Part shown: positions 19,296 to 28,679 of the stretch, piece after piece | Position numbering within the stretch: position 1 is the first letter of the stretch | Layout of the letters: each line of letters opens with the position of its first letter | Assembly: GCA_964652615.1 (NCBI GenBank) | Contig: CAZZAT010000001.1 | Span: 359,250-423,249, forward strand | Origin: an uncultured Candidatus Saccharibacteria bacterium | GTDB taxonomy: Bacteria > Patescibacteriota > Minisyncoccia > Phycocordibacterales > Phycocordibacteraceae | Direction of reading: 5' to 3' | Length of the DNA: 64,000 nt | Program-made: the position numbers and the translations under genes | The notes under the pieces: generated by a model | Database searches by the model: none | Seen by the model: the letters and a program-made list of their open reading frames with translations, nothing else | What the model was told of the DNA's origin: nothing

Positions 19296-19973
19296 ATGTT
19301 CCTAACTACCTGGGCGGATGTGCTGACCTCGTCCTTTCAGAATCTGTTCTACGGCTTGGTCGCGTTCCTCCCGAACCTCTTGGCCGCTATTGTCATCTTT
19401 GTCATTGGCTGGCTCATTGGCGCGGGACTTTCGCGCGTTGTTGCGCAAGTAATCGGATCGCTTCGAGTCGATCAGGCGCTTCGCGCTGCGGGCGTTGACC
19501 GGGTGGTCGAGCGCGCCGGATTCAAACTCAATTCAGGTGCCTTCCTTGGCATGCTCGTGAAGTGGTTCTTCATTATCGTATTCCTTGTTGCAGCGCTCGA
19601 TGTACTCGGCCTCACCGAAGTAACTATCTTCCTTCGCGCGGTTGTCCTTGGATACTTGCCTCAAGTAATCGTTGCGGTACTTATCCTTCTTGTTGCTGCA
19701 GTTGTTGCAGAAGCAGCGCAGAAGGTTGTTATGGGCTCTGCTGCGGCAGCGCACTTGAAGAGCGCGAACTTCCTCGGAGCACTTGCACGCTGGTCTATCT
19801 GGGTATTCGCTATCCTTGCAGCTCTTGATCAGCTTGGCGTTACGCCGTTTGTTCAGACCCTCTTTACGGGTGTCGTTGTAGCGCTCGCGCTCGCATTCGG
19901 CCTCGCATTTGGTCTTGGCGGACAGGCAGCGGCAGCCCGCTACCTCGAGAAGATGCGCGAAGAGATAGAGTAG
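19296..19973 (+). CDS. integral membrane protein with an internally duplicated TM-helix module
   Basis: Two similar halves ('IVIFVIGWLIGAGLSRVVAQVIG' / 'ILLVAAVVAEAAQKVVMGSAAAAHL') reminiscent of 'conserved TM helix' repeat proteins. Confidence 0.45.
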   Translation: MFLTTWADVLTSSFQNLFYGLVAFLPNLLAAIVIFVIGWLIGAGLSRVVAQVIGSLRVDQALRAAGVDRVVERAGFKLNSGAFLGMLVKWFFIIVFLVAALDVLGLTEVTIFLRAVVLGYLPQVIVAVLILLVAAVVAEAAQKVVMGSAAAAHLKSANFLGALARWSIWVFAILAALDQLGVTPFVQTLFTGVVVALALAFGLAFGLGGQAAAARYLEKMREEIE

Positions 19974-19993
19974 ATTCTCCCTTCAAAACGTAA

Positions 19994-20022
19994 GCAAAAG
20001 CGCCCTTGCAGGGCGCTTTTGC
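19994..20022 (+). terminator. intrinsic terminator (gcaaaagcgcccttgcagggcgcttttgc)
   Basis: Perfect hairpin with a T-run. Confidence 0.6.
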
Positions 20023-20064
20023 TTGTCCCCAGTATCCCCAAGGTATAGGCCGTATCCTCTGGGG

Positions 20065-20093
20065 TTGACATACCCCATCCCGTCGCATACACT
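20065..20093 (+). promoter_or_regulatory. sigma70-like promoter TTGACA-17-TACACT upstream of the 23S-5S unit
   Basis: Consensus -35, 17-nt spacer and a TAnnnT -10. A second candidate (TTGACA-17-GGTAAT) lies at 20220-20248, nearer the 23S 5' end. Confidence 0.35.
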
Positions 20094-20875
20094 CCCTTCT
20101 ACGTGTATACGAACTTGAAGATCTCCCGAAAACGAAGCGGTTAAGACCCCGCGCCTTTCCGGCGCGCAAGGAAAACCGCCTCGAAGGCGGTTTTCTCGTT
20201 TGACGATACGCGGGCCTCTTTGACACACGAATATGCAACATAGGTAATCAAAGTGCAGCCTTGCTGTATCGCTACAGCAAGGCGCAAATCACAGAGTAAA
20301 ATCGTTAGATGTGGTGTTCAGGTTTCCGCACAGGAAACATGAAGGGTGCGCGGTGGATGCCTAGGCTTGTGACAGCGATGAAGGACGCGATACACCTGCG
20401 AAAAGCTTCGGGGAGGCGGTTTATAGCCTGTGATCCGGAGATATCCGAATGGGGAAACCCAACCAGTTCTGCTGGTTATCTTTCGACTTGTCGAAAGATG
20501 CGAACCTCGGGAAGTGAAACATCTCAGTACCGAGAGGAATAGAAAACAAAAGCGAGTAGTTTTCCGTGCGAACGTTATGTTCGTTCGTATGGAAAACTAC
20601 TCTCGCGATTCCCTAAGTAGCGGCGAGCGAAACGGGAGAAGCCCAAACCGATGGTTTCGATCATCGGGGTTGTAAGGCAAGAGCTCCGTACTTGTACGGC
20701 ATAAGTTACAAAAAGTCTTCATAGTAGAAGCTGCTGGGAAGCAGCGCCCCAGAGGGTAATAGTCCCGTACATAAAATGAATGACTTCTTATGTGCTCTTG
20801 TTCTTGAGTAGCTCGGGACACGAATAGCCCGGGTGAATCTGCCAGAACTAACTGGTAAGGCTAAATATGTCACAA

Positions 20876-20921
<46 letters not shown>

Positions 20922-21599
20922 GAGAGGGGAGTGAAATAGAACTGAAACCGCGTACTTACAAAGGGTTAGGGTGGGTCTTGATCCATCCTAGCGTGCCTAT
21001 TGAAGAATGAGCCTGCGAGTGTGTGTATGTCGCTTAGGATAAGCCCGTTACGGGGCGAATCCGCAGGGAAACCGAGTGTGAATAGCGCGCCGGTGGCATA
21101 CATACGACCCGAAGCTAGGTGAGCTTGCCATGAGCAGGGTGAAGTATGTCGAAAGATATATGGAGGCCCGAACCCGTTGGTCGTTCAACGCCTTGGGATG
21201 ACTTGTGGTAAGGAGTGAAAAGCTAATCGAACCTAGTAATAGCTGGTTCTCTCCGAAACAGCTTTTGGGCTGGCGTCACGTGTTCCTTCCGGGGGTAGAG
21301 CACTGGAAGGGGTAAACAGGGAGAAATCTCGTTACTCCTATCAACCTCCGAATACCGGAAGCTAGAACGTGGCAGTTAGACCATGGGGGCGAAGCTCCAT
21401 TGGTCGAGAAGGGAAGAGCCTAGATCGCCAGTTAAGGCCCCAAAATTGATGCTAAGTACGACTTAAGGAAGTGAGGATTCTTAGACAATGAGGATGTTGG
21501 CTTAGAAGCAGCCACCATTTAAAGAAAGCGTAACAGCTCACTCATCGAGAGTCCTTGCGCCGAAGATGATCGGGGTTAAGCATCATGCCGAAACTGCGG

Positions 21600-21887
21600 G
21601 CTTGTGCATTTCATAGAGGGTTGGAAGATATCCTCACAAACAGGCGGAGCCCTAGAGGGGGTCCTGGCATTCGAGCTGAAGCGAAAAGCCTTTCGGGGTT
21701 TCTCGCCAAGCATTGTGTCCGGGATGCGGTGTATGCCGCCTCCGTCTACGGTTCATATGTGTTGGGGTAGCTCAGCTGGTAGAGCATTACGGGTTCAATT
21801 CCCGTGAAGGTCGCCAGTTCGAATCTGGTCCCCAATTCCATGAACTAGCGCGAACGAACATTCGCGCCCTCTATGAAATGCACAAGC
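21600..21887 (+). other. 288-nt intervening sequence in 23S domain III, closed by a perfect 20-bp stem
   Basis: 'gcttgtgcatttcatagagg' (21600-21619) is the exact reverse complement of 'cctctatgaaatgcacaagc' (21868-21887). It replaces a short hairpin present at E. coli positions about 1270-1295. Stem length is typical of RNase III-processed IVSs. Confidence 0.6.
21761..21840 (+). ncRNA. tRNA-like element inside the 23S IVS (cloverleaf with encoded 3'-TCCA; anticodon-loop CAA; extended 7-bp anticodon stem)
   Basis: Folds as follows: acceptor GTTGGGG/CCCCAAT; canonical D-arm 'TAGCTCAGCTGGTAGAGCA'; anticodon stem ACGGG/CCCGT with loop TTCAATT; variable loop AGGTC; T-arm GCCAG-TTCGAAT-CTGGT; discriminator T plus CCA. 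Non-canonical points: three nt between the D and anticodon stems, T at position 37, and a type-I variable arm despite a Leu-type anticodon. Confidence 0.4.
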
Positions 21888-22619
21888 GGTAGGAGAGCGT
21901 TCGCATCCGCGATGAAGGTGAAGGGGTGACCCACACTGGAGCGTTGCGAAGTGAGAATGCAGGTACAAGTAACCACAATGCGGGTGAGAACCCCGCACAT
22001 CGAAAGATCAAGGTTTCCGGAGCTATGGTGATCAACTCCGGGTTAGTCGGGCCTAAGGGGATGGTGAAAACCGCACCCGATGGACACAGGGTTAATATTC
22101 CCTGACCGAACATATGTGCGACAGGAGAGACGGACGGCTGTAGTCGTGGCCCCTTATTGGATTGGGGTCCGTTAGTGAGGGTGCGTGGTAGGCAAATCCG
22201 CCACGCATTAGCCCGAGCGAAGCGGCAACTTCCTTCTTCGGAGGGAGGGAGCACGATGAGCGCGGTTCCAAGAAAATCTTCTAAGCTTCAACATATGTTT
22301 GACCGTACCGCAAACCGACACAGGTGATCAGGTCGAGTAGACCAAGATGAACGAGTAAGGTGTCCTCAAGGAACTCGGCAAAACAGCGGCCGTAAGTTAG
22401 CGATAAGGCCTGCCCATAGCAATATGGGCCGCAGCGAAAGACTTCCAATCAACTGTTTACCAAAAACACAGCTCCCTGCGAACTCGTAAGAGGATGTATA
22501 GGGGGTGACACCTGACCAATGCCGGAAGGTCAAGCGCGGGAGGTCATTGTTCTTCGGAATGATGGCTGGATCGTATAAGCCCCGGTGAATGTCGGCGATA
22601 ACTATAATCGTCCTAAGGT

Positions 22620-22802
22620 ACGACACACTTTTCTAAATAGTAAAGTGTGTCGTAGGATTGGGACGATTATGGGGTGAACAGAAATACACAAGCTACCTTT
22701 CTATTTGGTAACGAATGGATAATCCGATGACGGCACGAAGAGGCCATACGCCGTACTCCGCGAAGGCGGATGAAGACATGGTCCAGGTTGAAGGAATACC
22801 CG
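22620..22802 (+). other. 183-nt ORF-less insertion in 23S at the L1931 site (H69/H70 junction); candidate mini-intron or IVS
   Basis: The exon reads 'CCUAAGGU|AGCGUAAUUCC' across the insert. The insert starts with an 11-bp hairpin (cgacacacttt/aaagtgtgtcg) and ends in G. L1931 is a known group I intron site. Confidence 0.45.
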
Positions 22803-23463
22803 AGCGTAATTCCTTGTCTGGTAAGTTCAGACGTGCACGAATGGTGTAATGAGTTGGAAACTGTCTCGAGGACTTGCTCGGTGAAAATGCACTACCGGTG
22901 AAGATGCCGGTTACCTGTAGTTAGACGAAAAGACCCCAGAAGCTTTACTACAGCTTCGTATTGGGGCTGCGTGCTTGATGCGTAGCATAGATGGGAGACT
23001 TTGAAGCGTACCTTTCGGGGGACGTGGAGTCGCCAGTGAAATACCATTCTTCAAGTGTGCAGTTCCTAACCTCGTTGTAAACCAACGCGGAACAGTGCGT
23101 GGCGGGTAGTTTTGGTGGGGCGCTATCCTCCAAAAAAGTAACGGAGGAGTCTATTAAGGTTCTCTAGGCGCGAATGGAAACCGTGCCGATAGTGTAATGG
23201 CATAAGAGAGCTTAACTGCGAGGCGTACATGCCGAGCAGATGCGAAAGCAGAGCATAGTGATCCGATGGTACGCCTTAGATGCGGCCAGAGCTCAACGGA
23301 TAAAAGTTACTCTGGGGATAACAGGCTAGTTCCGCCCAAGCGTCCATAGCGACGGCGGAGTTCGGCACCTCGATGTCGGCTCACCTTAGCGCGGGGCTGG
23401 AGAAGGTCCCAAGCGTTTGGCTGTTCGCCAATTAAAAAGGTACGCGAGCTGGGTTCAGACCGT

Positions 23464-24010
23464 GAGGGTTGATGACACTCCTGTGTCGTCGCTCTCACCG
23501 TCTGAATCCCATTGATGTAAGTGTTATATAATCCCTAATAAAGTCTTTTCGTCTACAACCATTCACAAAAGTGAATGAGTGAGAATACCCGTTCGTTAAC
23601 TACGTGCAGACGGGTAAAGGAACCAACAAATAATCACGGCGATGCCGCATGGGAACATGCGTGCATACTACTGACTCATATCGGAGAAGCCCCATCGGGG
23701 TGACTGCGAGGGAAGTTTGTGAGTTCCGTTGGGGGAGAGAAGTGGTGCTTAGAAGAGCCCTTCGGGGTTCGGCGCCTACGCATGGCCTGCGTAAAAAGAG
23801 TCGGTGTGTACCGAAGGATTGCTCCGCCCGCCCGGCAAGATCCTTTAGGCCTACCGCGCTCCCCCTGCTCTTTTAGAGCAATGGGCCAAGCAGAATGCTT
23901 GGCCCCCCAACGGAACTCATGAACGCCCGTAGAGACTAAGCGTCAGTTGCGAAGAACTCGCAAAGCAATAGTCCGATCCTTCGAGCAATCGAAGATACAA
24001 AAACGAAATG
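23464..24010 (+). mobile_element. 547-nt ORF-less intron in 23S at the L2593 site (peptidyl-transferase loop)
   Basis: 5' exon ends '...GGGUUCAGACCGU' (U-1) and 3' exon resumes 'CGUGAGACAGGUUGG'; the insert ends in G (omega-G). No ORF over 75 aa. L2593 is a classic group I intron site. Confidence 0.55.
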
Positions 24011-24073
24011 CGTGAGACAGGTTGGTCTCCTATCTACTACAGGCGTTGATTCTTGCGGAGGCTTGCCCCTAGT

Positions 24074-24875
24074 AAAGAATTGCTACTTCACGAAGAGATT
24101 CGTGATGACAATGTGGCTTATAACGGTGAAGTCTACGGCTCATCTGGTTTTAGAGTTAGATATCGAACGGTCCAGTGGATATCAACTCGCTTGAGGACCA
24201 GAGACGGGCTATGATAATACCGTGGGAAGTCGATCAAGTATTACCAAACATACAAACCTCGCGTATATTGCAGGATTTCTTGATGGAGACGGAAGCCTTA
24301 TGCTTCAACTTAAGAAACGAAGCGATTCTCTACGTGGCGTGCGTTTTATGGCAACTATCTGTTTCTATCAAGATAGCCGTCACGAGGCGCCGTTGTCGTG
24401 GATACGAATGCAGATTGGTTGCGGTTATGTATCGAAAAGAAAAGATGGAATGACAGAATTGCGTGTCAATGGTTTTTCCCAAGTACGGGAGACGCTAGAG
24501 ACACTCCTTCCTTTCCTTCGTTTTAAGAAGATACAAGCGAATGCACTTCTTCAAGCATGTAAATTGCTTGAAGGACGTACAATCACCGCTCTGAATGCAC
24601 GTACACTACGTACAGTTGTTGCTCTTATCATGAAAATTCAACAAGAAAATTACATGAGCAAGGGCCGACGAACAAAAGAGGAGATGTTTGAGCTACTTGG
24701 TTTGACCCCGTAACGACTTGCGTTGAAAGATACGCGGACTTATAGGTTGAGGAATCATTTCTGAGAAAATGACTGCTCCTATAGGTAAGATGCCACCGCC
24801 CTCATCGAGCGCATATGCAAAATGCTCGGACGGGTGAAGATATAGTCTGTGCTCCTGGAAACAGGGGAATACACG
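24074..24875 (+). mobile_element. 802-nt intron in 23S inside the sarcin-ricin loop sequence (CCUAGU|ACGAGAGGACCGG), encoding a LAGLIDADG homing endonuclease
   Basis: The exon sequence is restored exactly when the insert is removed; 5' exon ends in U and the insert ends in G; carries the ORF at 24222-24713. Confidence 0.6.
24222..24713 (+). CDS. LAGLIDADG homing endonuclease (single-motif type)
   Basis: 'NLAYIAGFLDGDGSLMLQL' is the LAGLIDADG motif; 163 aa; located within the 23S intron. Confidence 0.7.
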   Translation: MGSRSSITKHTNLAYIAGFLDGDGSLMLQLKKRSDSLRGVRFMATICFYQDSRHEAPLSWIRMQIGCGYVSKRKDGMTELRVNGFSQVRETLETLLPFLRFKKIQANALLQACKLLEGRTITALNARTLRTVVALIMKIQQENYMSKGRRTKEEMFELLGLTP

Positions 24876-25186
24876 ACGAGAGGACCGGGGTGAACTGACC
24901 TCTGGTGTGCCTGCTGTCGTGCCAACGGCACTGCAGGGTAGCTATGTCGGGTTGAGATAACTGCTGAAAGCATATAAGCGGGAAACTCGCTCCAAGATTA
25001 GGAATCGTTGAGACTCCTCGAAGATGACGAGGTTGATAGGCTTTAGGTGTAAGCGCAGTAATGCGTGCAGCCGAGAAGTACTAATATGTCCAGTTTTCTG
25101 TGCGGAATCCTGCACATCAAAATGATTGAAAGGTGATGAGCTCTTTGGTTACCTATGTTGCGTACGTCGTGTGTCGCGTAAACGCG

Positions 25187-25309
<123 letters not shown>

Positions 25310-25501
25310 TGTTTTCTTTTACATGGTAGATTTGCATCATCCTGTTGGTGACGCAGATTACTCGAAAGGAAGCAGTACTATGCTTCTTAGTTGTCAGCAG
25401 AGCAGAGGTTTGTGCAGTAGAAGCGGATCAGCATGTCGCTTCGAATAATGAGCCTCGAGCCCGTGCCCCACAGCACGGGCTTTTCCTATATACTATCTTT
25501 C

Positions 25502-26260
25502 ATGTCTTGGGCATCTTCACGACGCACACTCATACTCGTAGTCATTTTCTCTGTCGTTGCAGCCATAGCTGCAGTCACACTCATTGCAACGTTTTATCAG
25601 ACGCCTTCCTGTAACGATGGCAAAAGAAACCAAAATGAAGAGGGGGTTGATTGTGGTGGCGCATGCGCGCGCGTATGTGCATTCAATGCTGTCTCTCCTG
25701 TGGTGTCGTTTGTACGCGATGTGAAGGGTCTTGGCGGCAGAACTGATATTGTTGCGTACGTTGAAAACCCGAACGGGCTTGCAGCAGCAAAGGATGCGCC
25801 ATTTAGTATCGAGGTATACGACGAAGAACGCACCCTTATTGCCACAAAACAAGGGACGGTAGACCTGCCGCCGGGTTCTGGTGTTCCGCTGTATTTTTCC
25901 AACGTATACGCTGGGGGAGCTGTTGTGGCGCAGGTCTTTCTCCAATTTGATACAGCGTCACTCGACTGGTACAGCTATACTGACACGCGCATTGTGCCGC
26001 GGGTAAGCGATATCGAATCTGTGGAGGCAAGCACACCGCGCGTACGTGCAACACTGCGCAACCCTTCAGTTGAGATGCTTAGAGACGTACTCGTTATTGC
26101 AACAGTGTTTGACGCAGAAGGAAATGCCATTGCTGCGACTCAAACAGTGGTGTCCGAGATACCTCCGCAAGGAAGCGCTCCTGCACTCTTTACGTTTGGT
26201 GCGCCGTTTTCCGCACAGGCGGCGCGCATCGATGTGCGTCCGGTCGTACCGCTTCCATGA
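25502..26260 (+). CDS. hypothetical membrane-anchored protein (N-terminal TM, extracytoplasmic domain)
   Basis: TM 'LILVVIFSVVAAIAAVTLIATF'; stop overlaps the downstream SEDS gene start (ATGA); alternative start at 25433. Confidence 0.4.
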   Translation: MSWASSRRTLILVVIFSVVAAIAAVTLIATFYQTPSCNDGKRNQNEEGVDCGGACARVCAFNAVSPVVSFVRDVKGLGGRTDIVAYVENPNGLAAAKDAPFSIEVYDEERTLIATKQGTVDLPPGSGVPLYFSNVYAGGAVVAQVFLQFDTASLDWYSYTDTRIVPRVSDIESVEASTPRVRATLRNPSVEMLRDVLVIATVFDAEGNAIAATQTVVSEIPPQGSAPALFTFGAPFSAQAARIDVRPVVPLP

Positions 26261-27399
26261 CGGGCGTGCATCGTGAACATGCACTACAAACCATTCTTTC
26301 AGGATGGCCGCTCGTTCTGCCTGCAGTAGCGCTCACGCTTCTTGGTGTGCTTACGATGCACCCCTTTGGGGGTGAAGCATCTTCGCTTGCGCCGCGCCAA
26401 CTTGCATGGCTTCTTATCGGTCTTGGCGCGTATGCAGTATGTGCTGTCTCTGATATGCACGTATTGCGCCGTACCAGTGTCATTGTTGCAGGGTATGGCG
26501 TAGCTGCGCTCCTCCTCATATCGCTTTTACTCTTTGCTGATCCGGTGCAAGGAGCAAAGTCGTGGTTTTCGTTCGGAGCTTTCTCGTTTCAGCCAGCAGA
26601 CCTCGCAAAACTTGTTCTCATTGCATTTATGGCGAAGTATTTCTCACGACGGCACGTAGAAATCAAGGATATACGCCATCTTATCCTCTCGGGAGTCTAT
26701 GCGGCGGGTATCATCGGCCTCGTGCTTATTCAGCCCGATCTTGGCACAGCAGCTATTCTTTCGTTTGTGTGGTTTGGCATTATTCTCGTATCGGGCATAT
26801 CGAAAAAACATCTTGCGATAGTTTTTGTGCTAGGGCTCGTGAGTGCCGCAGGACTCTGGCTGTTTGGCCTTCAGGAATATCAGCGTGCACGTATCATTGC
26901 GTTCGTTAATCCTGCGGCTGATATTCGCGGCGCCGGATATAACGCATATCAAGCAGTGGTTGCTGCGGGTTCGGGAGAGCTGTTTGGGAAGGGAATAGGA
27001 TACGGGACGCAATCGAAACTTCGGTTCCTTCCAGAGTATGAGACGGACTTTATCTTTGCGGCGTTTGCTGAAGAGTGGGGTTTTGTCGGCATTATGCTCA
27101 CCCTTTTTCTCTACGGCCTTATTATTTTTCAATTACTTGCGCTTTCACGAAGAGCTGCGACAAACTTTGACGCTTTCTTTACGCTTGGTGTTGCGCTCTT
27201 ATTTCTTGCGCATGTGTTTATACATGCAGGCATTAATCTTGGGCTTCTTCCGGTTACGGGCACAACCATTCCGTTTATGAGCTATGGCGGCTCACACCTC
27301 CTTGTCGAGTTTATTGCGCTTGGCATTGTCGTTTCGCTTTCACGCCACGCGCGCTCTGTGCCACGCACTATGGCAGGGCAGGAGTATCTCGGAGCCTAG
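26257..27399 (+). CDS. SEDS-family peptidoglycan glycosyltransferase (FtsW/RodA/SpoVE)
   Basis: Ten TM helices; 'YETDFIFAAFAEEWGFVG' and 'GTTIPFMSYGGSHLL' are SEDS signatures. Confidence 0.8.
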   Translation: MTGVHREHALQTILSGWPLVLPAVALTLLGVLTMHPFGGEASSLAPRQLAWLLIGLGAYAVCAVSDMHVLRRTSVIVAGYGVAALLLISLLLFADPVQGAKSWFSFGAFSFQPADLAKLVLIAFMAKYFSRRHVEIKDIRHLILSGVYAAGIIGLVLIQPDLGTAAILSFVWFGIILVSGISKKHLAIVFVLGLVSAAGLWLFGLQEYQRARIIAFVNPAADIRGAGYNAYQAVVAAGSGELFGKGIGYGTQSKLRFLPEYETDFIFAAFAEEWGFVGIMLTLFLYGLIIFQLLALSRRAATNFDAFFTLGVALLFLAHVFIHAGINLGLLPVTGTTIPFMSYGGSHLLVEFIALGIVVSLSRHARSVPRTMAGQEYLGA

Positions 27400-28664
27400 G
27401 ACTCGTAGAGGGCAAAGGTTTCAGTAAGCATCTTCTCTTTTGAGAACGTGTCAGAGACGCGCTTTTGCAACGTAGCGCCGTAGCGTTCTGCTTCGTCGGG
27501 GTGCTCGATAAGGGTGCGCATAGCACGCGAAAGAGCGTGTGGGTTTTGAGCTGGAACTAAAAGCCCCGTCTCCTTATGGCGCACTATTTCACGCATGCCA
27601 CCCACGCGAGAGACAATGACCGGAAGCCCTGCGTGTCCTGCTTCAAGGAGGGCAAGACCAAGTGCTTCGCTTCGAGATACCATAAGAAAGAGGTCGAACG
27701 CTTTCAGATACCGTGCGGCAGTATCAACAAAACCAAGAAGAATAATGCGTTCTTCAAGTCCGTAGTGGCGTATACGTGCCTCAAGTTCCTCTCGCAATTC
27801 TCCTTCGCCTATGATGACAAGGATACTGTCAGGACGTATTCCGCTTCGCTCTGCGAATGCATCTATCGCGTCCTCTATTCTTTTTGTGGGATGCAATTCA
27901 GCAAGCATGCCTATCCAATATGCGTTCGCTTTTGTAGGCAAAAGTTTCTCACGCGCCTCTTTTTTGGAAAGGAAATCAGGCGTTTCAATACCGTGGCGTA
28001 TAACGGAGAGCTTTGAAAAGGGAAGCAGGCTCATATCATTTCGCACTGCCTCTGAAACGCAAATGGTGCGGTGGGAAAGCCAGAGAGTTAACGCGTAGGG
28101 AACGCGAAGTACCATTCTCTGCCACCACGGCCGCTCTTCGTTGAAGGCCCAGCCATGCGCGGTAAATATAATGCGCTTTACCCCTGCGAGGCGTCCGGCG
28201 AGCGCTCCAAGCCCGCCTATCTTTGAGCTGTTTACATGAAGCACGTCAGGCCGTTCTTCACGTACGAGTCGTGTGAGCGCCATAAGTGCAAGCCATTCCT
28301 GCTTCACTGAAGCAAAGAGGGTTTTTGGACTCGCGTCTTCTTCGAGAGCTTTGATGTCGCGTGTAACGTGTGGGAGTGCGAGCGTGCGTATACCTGCTTC
28401 AGAAAGTTTTGAGACGAGAAGGCCCTCGGTACCATAGGCGACAGCAACGTCGTCGCCGCGTGCTTTGAGGGCTAGAGCAAGATCAAAGACATAGCGCTGG
28501 GCACCGCCCCAGTTTGCTTTCGTGATGGCAAACAAGATACGCCTAGGCGCTGCGGGCGTTTCCTCTGGAGAGGGCGGGAGAGTGTCTTCTGGTTGCATGA
28601 GGGTTCTTAGGCCAAGGGCCAGTGGAGATACGTGAATCCTATGATATAACATCCTTGCCTCCAA
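27396..28664 (-). CDS. glycosyltransferase family 4 (GT-B fold)
   Basis: 'SRSEALGLALLEAGHAGLPVIVSRVGGMREIV' matches the GT4 EX7E region; the N-terminal 'ILFAITKANWGGAQRYV' is GT4-like. Confidence 0.8.
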   Translation of the reverse strand: MEARMLYHRIHVSPLALGLRTLMQPEDTLPPSPEETPAAPRRILFAITKANWGGAQRYVFDLALALKARGDDVAVAYGTEGLLVSKLSEAGIRTLALPHVTRDIKALEEDASPKTLFASVKQEWLALMALTRLVREERPDVLHVNSSKIGGLGALAGRLAGVKRIIFTAHGWAFNEERPWWQRMVLRVPYALTLWLSHRTICVSEAVRNDMSLLPFSKLSVIRHGIETPDFLSKKEAREKLLPTKANAYWIGMLAELHPTKRIEDAIDAFAERSGIRPDSILVIIGEGELREELEARIRHYGLEERIILLGFVDTAARYLKAFDLFLMVSRSEALGLALLEAGHAGLPVIVSRVGGMREIVRHKETGLLVPAQNPHALSRAMRTLIEHPDEAERYGATLQKRVSDTFSKEKMLTETFALYES

Positions 28665-28679
28665 GGGGCTATTTCTCCT

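Noticed and set aside
20172-20198. Terminator-like hairpin (aaaaccgcctcgaaggcggttttctcg) between the first rRNA promoter candidate and the 23S 5' end
   Set aside because: Its role is unclear. It could terminate the upstream membrane-protein gene (19296-19973), making the 20220 promoter the true rRNA promoter, or it could be a leader processing stem. It is not called as a separate feature.
21585-21807. ORFs of 61 and 67 aa inside the 23S IVS (and other small ORFs across 20.3-25.1 kb, for example 20309-20542, 23649-23876, 24779-24973)
   Set aside because: They lie within rRNA or intron RNA. There is no SD, no motif and overlapping frames. Only the LAGLIDADG ORFs are accepted as coding.
21761-21840. 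Interpreting the embedded cloverleaf as a bona fide tRNA-Leu(CAA) gene
   Set aside because: Class I variable arm, T at position 37, three nt at the D/anticodon junction, a 7-bp anticodon stem and discriminator T are all atypical for tRNA-Leu. It is kept as tRNA-like ncRNA only.
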